DNA from: Octopus bimaculoides
Taxonomy: Eukaryota
Length of the DNA: 46,307 bases
Direction: 5' to 3'
Assembly: GCF_001194135.2 (NCBI RefSeq)
Contig: NC_068982.1
Coordinates: forward strand, 173,991,654 to 174,037,960
The translations under genes were made by a program, and so were the position numbers. Of the stretch, positions 13,821 to 23,868 are shown piece by piece; within the stretch, counting starts at the first letter, position 1, and every line of letters begins with the position of its first letter. A model generated the notes under the pieces. That model searched no databases. It saw nothing but the letters and a program-made list of their open reading frames with translations, and was not told the DNA's origin.

Positions 13821-14416
13821 AATAAGTATAAGATCGTTATTTTAAATATCGATCAAATCTAGTGGCAGCATGGGAAGAAAATCCTTATAGGTTATGATTA
13901 TTATTAAAATTATAAATAAGAGAATCTGAGAGATACCACCATGCTTGAAATAGTAGTCAAAACCTGACTCTAAAATCCACATCAAGCGTTCACAAGGTGA
14001 AAAGACAAATACATAAATAAACTAGTAAAAATTGGATAATTCTAGATCCTGGGTTTCTGGCTCTGTATAAAAATATTTTGTCTTTATCGATGAAATATAC
14101 CAAGAATTGTACATAACTACATATATATATACACAGACATACAAATACTCACGTACACGCACTTGTACACACACACACACACACACATTAAGTTACAGTT
14201 GCGTACTGGAGTCGATCTAATCGACTGGCCTCCTCCCCCAAAATTTCGGGCCTTGTGCTAAGAGTAGAAAACATTAAGTAGTATTATTGTCCTACAATTC
14301 CATTCTAGTGAAGATGGAAGAGTATTCCTCCTAATTGGTTCTGATTATATGTGTGGAATGCGATACGACTGAAGCAGCTGTAGCTAACTTGCACATACAC
14401 ACACACACACACGCAC

Positions 14417-14491
<75 letters not shown>

Positions 14492-14720
14492 AGTTTATTT
14501 ATCTATTTTTCTTAGTTTATTTATCTGTCTTTTCACCTTGTGGTGTATTGAACACTTGATGTGGTTTTTAGAGTCAGGTTTTGACTGATATTTCAAGCAT
14601 GGTGGCATTTCTTAGATGCCCTTATTTATGATTTTGATAATAATTATAACCTATAAGGTTTTTCTTCCCTTGCTGCCACTTGATTTGATCGGTATTTAAA
14701 ATAACGATCTTATCCTTATT
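13821..14720. repeat. Inverted pair of the same module (13821-14025 forward, 14490-14720 reverse) enclosing a duplicated SINE fragment
   Basis: aataagtataagatcgttattttaaata at 13821 matches the reverse complement of 14693-14720; internal tttcaccttg..tttcaagcatgg is shared with the 12900 hairpin arms. Confidence 0.9.
14188..14404 (+). repeat. Near-identical duplicate of 9501-9717 (SINE tail plus unique flank)
   Basis: Two substitutions seen over about 215 bp. Confidence 0.95.
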
Positions 14721-15339
14721 CATATTATAAATAAGGGGGTCGACTATTCCCTGCTAGCCATTGGCAGTACCAGTAGATCAATGGTTTCAGTGTAATTTCC
14801 CCTTCTTCGGTACTGGACAACCACCTGGTTAGAGACAGCAGCCGGTCGACTTTACTCACAGTTTATAATTATCGAAGTGACTGTCAGTCGCTGATCTCGT
14901 CAGGAGAAAAACAACAAGTTTTAAACCTCTGAATGAGACCTATATATATGTAGAGGTAAGATCCAAGGATCAGGTTGAAGGAAGATAGCATGCTTTGAGC
15001 AATCCGTCGAAAATATAGAAACCAACTTTCAGGAACAACAGCGGTTTATTGACATAGAAGGTTGTAAATTTTTCCCGTATAAAAGTTCGATAAGCTGAAA
15101 AAATTGTATTATAACTTACGGTTAGCAGCAGTGGTTGGATATATATATATATATTCTTAGAACACATTTAGTGATTTTCAAAACATTACATTGTGTTTAT
15201 GATCCCAAGAATAGACTCCAAACCTGCTCCTGGTTTCAAATGAACGCAGTTCCTTGTTTCTCAGGCAATAGTGCAATCAACACTTCACCTGTTATTCCTA
15301 AATCATTATAGAATAGGACTTTCCGTGCTCTCTCTTACC

Positions 15340-15792
15340 GAGATAAAATAATGGATTCAAATTTTGAATCAAGGCCAGCAATTTGGGGGGAGGAACTTGT
15401 CGATATAGTCGACCTAGCGTTCAACTGGAACTTATTTTAATGTCCCCGAAAGGACGAGAGGTAAAGATGACCTCAGTGGCATTTGAACTCAAAACTTAAA
15501 GACGTAAAGATGCAGCTAAGCATTTTTCGGTACGGTAACAGCTTTGCCAACTGACCACCTTAAAACAAAACAAAATATGAGTTTAGAATAATGGCACAAG
15601 ACCAGCAAGTTTGGGGGAGAGTATCAGTTGATTACACCGATTCTAGTGTACAACTGGTACTTATTTTATTGTACCCTGAAAAGATGAGAGGTAAAGTCAA
15701 TCTCGAGGCATTTGAACTCAGAACGTAAAAACGGAGGAAATGATGCTAATCGCTTTTGACGGTGCGCTAACGATTTACCAGCTTGCCGCCTT
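15340..15792 (-). mobile_element. Two tandem degenerate family-A SINEs (about 15340-15562 and 15580-15792)
   Basis: Each has ttattttat..ccc(c/t)gaaa(g)ga(c/t)gagaggtaaag..gcatttgaactca and ends at a ccacctt/ccgcctt reversed head. Confidence 0.82.
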
Positions 15793-16842
15793 AAAAAAAA
15801 AAAAAAATTAAATATTGACAGTTATTTATATCAGTGAAATCATATTAATTTTTATTACATATTAATAACGGTTGCAAATATGAAGTTGGTTTGCCGTGGG
15901 CTCTCTTTTGTTAGGTTTCACATTCCATATGATATTCGTATTTCATATAATTTGCAAATATATTCTGTTATACCAAAGCAAAGAGTCACCAGTTTCCTCT
16001 TCGAAACATGGTTTTGTTGAAAAATAGGTGTTGGGGTTATAGACCTGCCACATTTTCAACAGATTGATATGTTCATTTATTATGAATATTATGTACACTT
16101 TTATATAACATTTATATACAGAAATATTTACCATATCCAGCTATTTGGTGTGTTGAAATATTCTGGTGACGTTCAAGTTAACGGTGTCAACATTTCTTAT
16201 TTTAAGAAGGAGTACGGTGCTCTATGTTCACGATACCCTACGGAATCTTATCGAGAGATCTCTTATATTGTACAATCAAATGTTTAGATAACATCAGAAA
16301 TTTGTTAATGCAAACAAGATAGTTTATGAGAAACAATGATTGTTCTTCTTCACTTATCCGATGTTCTGATTCTGAAGACACTTATCTGTATCCTAAACAT
16401 TCGAGTCAATGCAGAGTATAAAAGAAGTATAGACCCAAAACGTAAACTCGGAAGAAACATCACAAAGAATTTTGTCAGGTGTCTGTCAGCTCGCCGCCTT
16501 CGAAAACCTTTGATAATTACATAAGAAATTGAGCAGTCTCCGCATCCTGGGAAAACGCTTAATGTTTGTTATATCAAAGAAATACAATGATACTTTTTGG
16601 TTGAAAACTACAAAGAAAATTATAAAAATGTTATTGTTTGATATTGAATCACGAAATACATAATTTGTTAACATTATAACGGCTCTAGTAGTTTACTGGT
16701 AATTCTAATATCGATCTGAGAAAAAAAAAAGTCGGTCGATCATAGCTTGATTTAACCTCTGATCGGGTGTACGTTTATATAGTCCTGATGAGACGCCTAT
16801 ATTGACAAGTACAATAGTAGACGTGAAACCAATGGTAATTTC

Positions 16843-16891
<49 letters not shown>

Positions 16892-16899
16892 GAGCTTTC

Positions 16900-17075
16900 T
16901 AGTGAGAAGTTTGCTTCCCAACCTCATCGTTCCGGAGTCCGTCCCACTGCGTAAGTGTCTTTCGGATTCAGTCCCTTTAGATAAGTGTCTTCTACAATAG
17001 CCACGGGTCGGCCAAAACCATATGAGTGAATTTAGTAGACGGAAACTAAAAGAAGCCTGTAGTATATATGTGTAT
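16900..17075 (+). mobile_element. tRNA-derived CORE-type SINE, family C
   Basis: cttcccaacc..gtcccactgcg..aagtgtcttctac..tagacggaaactaaaagaagcc; reverse-complement homolog at 22725-22890. Confidence 0.82.
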
Positions 17076-17079
17076 GAAC

Positions 17080-17375
17080 GTCTGTGTGTCTGTTTGTCCC
17101 CACCAACGTTTAACAAACGGTTGTGATCTATTTATGTTCTTATAACTTGGTGGTTCAGCAAAAGAGGCCGATAGAATAGCTTCCAGGCTTAAAAAATAAG
17201 TCCTGTGGGGGGAGGGGGTCGACTCGTTTCTACTAAAATTCCTCGCGGTGGTTCCCCAGCATGGTTGCAGTCTAATGACTGAAACAAGTAAAAGAATGCA
17301 TACATAGATATACATACTGCCCCAGCATGGCCACAGCTCATGAGCTGAAACTAGATAAAATGATAAAATGAAAAA
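17080..17375 (+). mobile_element. SINE 3' region with duplicated tail (ccccagcatgg..ctgaaac..)
   Basis: Tail motif at about 17253-17296 and again at about 17319-17370. Confidence 0.65.
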
Positions 17376-18297
17376 TGAATGCATACAGATGTTTGCGCGC
17401 GCACGTGCGTGTATATGCATGTATGTATATAAGTATGTACGAACCTATTCATACATAAGTGGGTGTTTCCGTGCATATAAAGTCATGCGTACATACAAAA
17501 TTGTATAATAAATCCACATTAGGTTGCACATGCATATTAACATTTACACGCAGATATATGAACAACTATCTATATATTTATCAAATCACAGAAATAACGT
17601 TTATACGGACACTCGTACTTCAGAAATAGCACCCAAAATATTTCTCAAATCACTCATTCGCTCTTAGAAAAGACGATTTGTATTAATGGTATCCCAGATT
17701 TATTGCACTGAAAAACAGACGAAATGCTTTTCTATGGTTGTACCTCCGCTCGATCAGGCCTCACGTGAGACTTAACAACAACAATATCAATCTGCACAGT
17801 CACTCATATACAAACTAATGCATTACAAATAAGCAAATAAATCTCAGAATGTATTTGTATACACTAATATGCAAATATAACATCATAAGCTCAAGAATTT
17901 GTTTCTTTCATGTCAACAATTGCCAAAACAAAGACTTATACACATATGTTCACACACATCAATAAAACGGCATTTTGTAAATTTGCTTCTTCGGCGTGGC
18001 CTCTCCATTTCTTTTTTCCTTTCTTTCTTTCTTTCTTTCTTTCCTTCTTTCTTTCTTTCTTTGTAGATATGGCTCAGCCTGCCTACACGATTATATTTTA
18101 ACTTCTCTGAGTATTTGTTTCGAGTTATGATGAATCAGCTTACATGAATACACACGCCCATACATATATACTCTTCTACTCCCCAGAAGTCTCACACATA
18201 TAGGAAAGAGTGTCTTTGTATCCATACATTTGTGTGTGTGTGCGTGTGTGTGCGGGTGGCGTGCGTGCTTGTGTGTGTGTGTGTGTGTGTGCGTGTG

Positions 18298-18329
<32 letters not shown>

Positions 18330-18505
18330 AGCGTTTATAAACGAGGCAAGAATGTAGTCAATGCATGGTGTATAATTTTTTACTTATTAAGAATCAGTGT
18401 ATCATTCTCTCCATTGTGAATCAACACACACAAGCTTGTAAACAAAGACACATGTACGCGTGTGCATGTGTTTATGCATATATATATATATATATATATG
18501 TTTGT

Positions 18506-18722
18506 GTTTGGCGGTTTCACTCTCGATCGTTAGATTGTAGGTTCGATTCCTGGACTGGGCAGCGCGTTTTGTTCTTGAACAAAACACTTCATTCCTCATT
18601 GCTCCAGTGCCCCTTCATCAGGGTGGAGATTGTGCGCCTGCTCGCCTAGCCAGCGGGGTAGCGTCATTTGAATGCAAAAGCGCATTGTGAACAGCGATTT
18701 GTAACATTTGATAGCCTGGTCG
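18506..18722 (+). mobile_element. tRNA-derived CORE-like SINE, family D
   Basis: B-box ggttcgattcct at 18540 followed by CORE-like gttcttgaacaaaacacttcattcctcattgctcca. Confidence 0.75.
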
Positions 18723-18880
18723 ATTACGTAATATGTATGTATGTATGTATGTATGTACGTATGTATTTATGTATGCATACATTCATGCATGAATATATAT
18801 GTATTTATAAATTTTTAATATACTCAGTATACAGTTGCGAGCTACAAATAGTTTTATGGATGGCGATGTAGTCTACTCAC

Positions 18881-18959
18881 AAATTTAGTAACACGTCTTG
18901 TGTCTTCAAGCAATCTCGGGCTCTGAGCACATGGCATATACGCTTTACAAATCGGTACG
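18881..18959 (-). CDS. Candidate 79-nt internal exon, host gene unidentified
   Basis: Minus strand long polypyrimidine tract ending tctctcgttttag| and donor |gtgagt; two frames open (xYRFVKRICHVLRARDCLKTQDVLLN or xVPICKAYMPCAQSPRLLEDTRRVTKF). Confidence 0.35.
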
Positions 18960-19301
18960 CTAAAACGAGAGAAATCGCGAGGAAAAAATAAGGTGGATAC
19001 AAAAAGTGGAACTGTAAGCAAAAAAAAAACAAAAAAAAACGAGAAAAGAAAAGCAAAAAGGAAATAAGAAACTAGAGTTATCTGCCCTTCGACCATAAAT
19101 CCCTAATAAAGCTAGTTGGAGATGAATCAACGAAGAAAAGTACAAAGTCTCCGATACGGAAAGGCTTGTTTCCTCTAATTCGCCAAAAGAAATTTGTCCA
19201 TATGCTTGCATGTGCTGAAAATTCATCATCTGCAATTCCGCAGTGCGGTGGCATTCTTAGATCTAAAAAGGATATGCGACCATTCAGCTAAGTATAAGTT
19301 G

Positions 19302-19374
19302 TATTTCTTACATATATATATTTCTTACATATATATTTCTTACATATATATATATATATATATATATTTCTTAC

Positions 19375-19412
<38 letters not shown>

Positions 19413-19431
19413 ACATACATATATATGTATG

Positions 19432-19466
<35 letters not shown>

Positions 19467-19467
19467 G

Positions 19468-19516
<49 letters not shown>

Positions 19517-19555
19517 GTATATTATATATTTATTTGTATGTGTGTGTGTGTGTGT
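19302..19555. repeat. (TA)n/(TATG)n/(TG)n tract with four embedded tttcttac cores
   Basis: Cores at 19304, 19321, 19336 and 19367. Confidence 0.9.
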
Positions 19556-19727
19556 AAGGAAAAGACAAGGTAGAAAATGCTAAAATAATTTTATCATGAA
19601 GAACATTTTAGCACCGGTTTCAGTCTTTGCGACTTTTTCAACTTAGAGTAAAGCCTGAAAAACAATTAAATGAAATGTTTTTTTTAAAATATTTCCATAG
19701 TTTTCAAATACAAGGGACGTTTTCGTT

Positions 19728-19728
19728 T

Positions 19729-19794
<66 letters not shown>
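19728..19794. repeat. (CT)n microsatellite
   Basis: Visible run. Confidence 0.95.
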
Positions 19795-19797
<3 letters not shown>

Positions 19798-20564
19798 CTT
19801 TTGTGAAGGCTTGTTAGGATATTTCATATTTAATTACGTGTTTGGGGAATAGTATTTAGGTGTAATGTTTTAGTATAGACTCTTTTTTTGGCACTGGATA
19901 TAAGAGAAGAAACCCTTTCTTCTTAATACAATNNNNNNNNNNNNNNNNNNNNNNNNNNNNNNNNNNNNNNNNNNNNNNNNNNNNNNNNNNNNNNNNNNNN
20001 NNNNNNNNNNNNNNNNNNNNNNNNNNNNNNNNNNNNNNNNNNNNNNNNNNNNNNNNNNNNNNNNNNNNNNNNNNNNNNNNNNNNNNNNNNNNNNNNNNNN
20101 NNNNNNNNNNNNNNNNNNNNNNNNNNNNNNNNNNNNNNNNNNNNNNNNNNNNNNNNNNNNNNNNNNNNNNNNNNNNNNNNNNNNNNNNNNNNNNNNNNNN
20201 NNNNNNNNNNNNNNNNNNNNNNNNNNNNNNNNNNNNNNNNNNNNNNNNNNNNNNNNNNNNNNNNNNNNNNNNNNNNNNNNNNNNNNNNNNNNNNNNNNNN
20301 NNNNNNNNNNNNNNNNNNNNNNNNNNNNNNNNNNNNNNNNNNNNNNNNNNNNNNNNNNNNNNNNNNNNNNNNNNNNNNNNNNNNNNNNNNNNNNNNNNNN
20401 NNNNNNNNNNNNNNNNNNNNNNNNNNNNNNNNNNNNNNNNNNNNNNNNNNNNNNNNNNNNNNNNNNNNNNNNNNNNNNNNNNNNNNNNNNNNNNNNNNNN
20501 NNNNNNNNNNNNNNNNNNNTTAATGAGTTTTGAAGGTGCTATTGCATTTGAAAGCATAATGATC

Positions 20565-20640
20565 AGATATCCGGAAAATTCATTTATCTGGCATTCCTCC
20601 GACCCCAGTGGTGCCGGATAGAAGTGAGTTTACAGTATAA
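20565..20640. mobile_element. Possible pogo/Tigger-type terminal inverted repeat remnant
   Basis: tatccggaaaattcatttatctggca...gtgccggatagaagtgagtttacagta resembles the ..ccggata..tttactgta ends of Tigger-like MITEs; the partner end is not seen and may lie in the gap. Confidence 0.3.
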
Positions 20641-22724
20641 CCTCCAAGATTTCACACCTATTCTTGTGTTGGGCTTTTGAAGTAGAAGCTTGCTAAATCT
20701 ACTGGCAGTTCTTAGGTATCTTGATATGCGATACCTAACAATTTGGGTATATAATCTTTTAAAAGGAAATATTTTCTGTTTGTCCTATTAAAAACAACCT
20801 TATAATTGTTTATCTTTCAGTTGTGAATAACCACGCGTTCTCAGTAATTCTTGCACGTATTTTTAGGTGTGTATTTTATGAAATAGTTAACCTATGAAAG
20901 GGTGATATTACTGCGACATCTCAGATTTCTAACTGAACATTTTTTACAGACCAGTACTACACACGCATACACACACACACTCCATCTCTCTGCCTCTCTT
21001 TCTCTCTCTCTCTCTCTCCCTCTCTCCCTCTCTCTCCCTCTCTCTCATAAATATATATATACATATATACATTACACACACACACAAACATACACACATA
21101 TATGTATTGTCAGAAATCTGAAAAATCAAAGTCTTGTTGCTGGCAATCACGTAAACCAATGCAGCCCGTGTATGGCCGGACAGTCGGTGACTAAAGCAGC
21201 AACCATGCCAAACCTTCTTAGTGAGGAAGTCAATAATTAGAAACACTGCGGGATAGAAGAAAGCCTCTCACGAGGTGAATGAACTCAGGAAAATTAACAA
21301 CCATCCAGCAGGGTGTATACGAGGATGTCTATGTACACGCATGTTTATATGAGTATATACATGCATGTGAAAGATAGATACTCTTAATTGAAAGCTGTGA
21401 TGTTTGTAGTCTCTGTGTTTTTTATGGGTGTTTGCGTGTGTATTTATGTGTGTGTGTGTGTGTGTGTGTGTGTCTAGGAGTGTGTGTGTGTGTGTATCTG
21501 TGTGTATGCGGGCATGTGTGTGCTCGCGCGTGTTGCTCGTTTAACAGCTCCAAATATTTCGAAAGTGGCACTTGCATCGCACAAACATTTGCCATTATCA
21601 AATTTTATGCATTGATAATATATCAGCTCCATTTTTTTTTATTTTGTTCCTTTTGCGTTATTTGTTTTCATATTTTTTCTTTAATTTATGTTTTGCTCTG
21701 TTTTGTTTTTTGAATCGCCACTCAAACCTCTACTTAGTACCTTAGAACCACAAATGGACGTGAAAATTTTTGCTGCAGTGATTGGGCATCACGCTCGTCA
21801 TCAATATGTGTTTGGGGTGTGTGTGAATATGTGTGTGTTTGTATATGCATATACATATGTATATGTATGTATGTATGTATATATATATATATATATATNN
21901 NNNNNNNNNNNNNNNNNNNNNNNNNNNNNNNNNNNNNNNNNNNNNNNNNNNNNNNNNNNNNNNNNNNNNNNNNNNNNNNNNNNNNNNNNNNNNNNATATA
22001 TATGATAATGATAATAATATAGATTTAATCAAAAGATTAAATGTGGTACTTAAAATGTTTGAGGCAACAGAATTTGGTAGGGTAAAAAGCAAAAACAAAA
22101 TCAAGAAATTTGGTGAAGAAAATTTGAAGAAAAGCAACAAAAATTCAATAGGTTATAGCAGTACGTACGTTTCGTACAAACTTCATTTATTCATGTAGTG
22201 AGAACACTACATAAAATGTGCAATGAAAATGTACTCCTCAGCTGCACAATAGAATTTCATTCTAGAAAGTCATTTTGTAGATGTGTGCAAAAAACAAGAG
22301 TAAGAGAAGAAAAAATACCATCTTGACTGGGCTGCTATTCAACAGTCTAGTGAATCAAACAAGAATTTCATTTCTATATAATCTAATTGGAGGGGTAGTA
22401 GTAATTTCAATTTCATTAAGTAGGGGAAGGTAATCAGGGATTTTTCCGGTATAAGGGAGATAATCAAAAATGTTGGGTATGACTAGGTTTGATTAATTTA
22501 ACATGATTTGGTTTAGAAAGAATAGAATTTTACAAGTGGTTAGGTTTTGCTTTATATTTTTTTCAATGAGGTGAGTTTCCTTATTTAAAAATGTTAGAAA
22601 TGGTTAAGTTTTGGCTTATATTTTTCAATGAAGAAAGTTTCCTTATTTAAACTAATTCGTGTTGGTGTTCCAATGGCACATTGATAGAATGGAAAGATTA
22701 CAACTTGTGGTAGCATATATATAT

Positions 22725-22890
22725 ACGACGCGATTCTTTCAGTTTCTGTCTACCAAGTCCACTCGGAAGTCTTTGGTCGGCCCGAGGCTATAGTAGAAGA
22801 AACTCACCCATGGTGCCACGCAGTGGGACTAAACCCGGAACCATATGGTTGGTATGTAAGCTACTTACCATACAGCTACTCCTGCGCCTA
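22725..22890 (-). mobile_element. tRNA-derived CORE-type SINE, family C
   Basis: Reverse strand reads taggcgcaggagtagctgtatggtaag..ggttccgggtttagtcccactgcgtggcacc..tcttctactatagcctcgggccgacc. Confidence 0.9.
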
Positions 22891-23208
22891 TATATATAAT
22901 TATTAGCTACGGAAGCAATATCAATCCCGCTAGACAACTATTGTATCCAACTTAACGTGTATGTTTCATTAGAACACCGAATACTGCAATATTCGCCTTA
23001 AGAGGCCCTTTCGTATGGATGCATGGTTTATAAAGGCAGACGATAATTTTACAGCATGAGTGATGAAACTACCAGATCGTTATTTTAGCGTATTGCATTT
23101 CGTTAGTGACAGGTTCCGGCGACCGCGTGCCAGCTAAATCCCGCTGCCAATGATATATAGAAGAACAAAATCTTTTCAGTCACTGATGCCATAAATAACC
23201 AACAGGCT

Positions 23209-23576
23209 GATTAGCTCTGCCTTCTCTAAAGCGGAGGTATTGTTTCAGTCGTGTTTCTTTGTTTGTACGCAGACAAGTTATCTCAAGAACTTCTGGATGG
23301 ATTCGGATGAAACTTTCAGGGATGTTTAGGGTCATAACTGAAACGAATTCATGAGATTTTGGGATCGATCCGGTACTGGACAAGGTTTCTGGAATATTTT
23401 ACCGGGTTTTTACTAAATTTTTGAGAGCGGTCGGGTTCAATTTTAGTATTCTCGTTTGTGAGAGGAGTCGAGTTTATTTCAGATATTCTCATTGAAAAAA
23501 TTATTTCTGGTTTATCGTTGAGAGGACGTTAGTGATGCCTTGGCGAAAGTTTGCGCTCTCTGAATCCTCTTGTTTT
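23209..23576 (+). mobile_element. DINE-1-like / Helentron-associated (HINE) non-autonomous element
   Basis: 5' imperfect hairpin ttagctctgccttctctaaagcggaggt; central ggatggattcggatgaaactttcagg..; 3' end gccttggcgaaagtttgcgctctctgaatcctcttgttt, resembling the typical ccttggcggaggt..gcgctct..ctagtt terminus. Confidence 0.75.
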
Positions 23577-23815
23577 AAAAAATTATCATTAGTAACGGAA
23601 GCAGTATTAACATCAAAGGTAAATCTTTGTAATTTTATATCCAACTGAAAAAACGTCCACGTTAAACTGTACATAAAGTTTGCCTCTATATGTGCGTGTG
23701 TGAGTGTATATACATNNNNNNNNNNNNNNNNNNNNNNNNNNNNNNNNNNNNNNNNNNNNNNNNNNNNNNNNNNNNNNNNNNNNNNNNNNNNNNNNNNNNN
23801 ATATATACATACATA

Positions 23816-23853
23816 TAGGTGTAGGCGTCGCTGTGTGCTAAGAAGCTTGCTTC
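23816..23853 (+). mobile_element. 5' head (about 38 bp) of a family-C SINE, truncated at the CpG array junction
   Basis: taggtgtaggcgtcgctgtgtgctaagaagcttgcttc matches the head of the 22725-22890 copy. Confidence 0.65.
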
Positions 23854-23868
23854 TGCGCATGCGTCGGT

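Noticed and set aside
14855-14906. Minus-strand CTGACGAG plus hairpin (agcgact-gac-agtcact), a possible second hammerhead
   Set aside because: The GAAA core is disrupted (cgataa) and stem II and stem I closure need several assumed indels.
15943-16680. Short AT-rich ORFs, a possible transposase relic
   Set aside because: No recognisable motif; part of the region (about 16420-16502) is a reversed SINE remnant.
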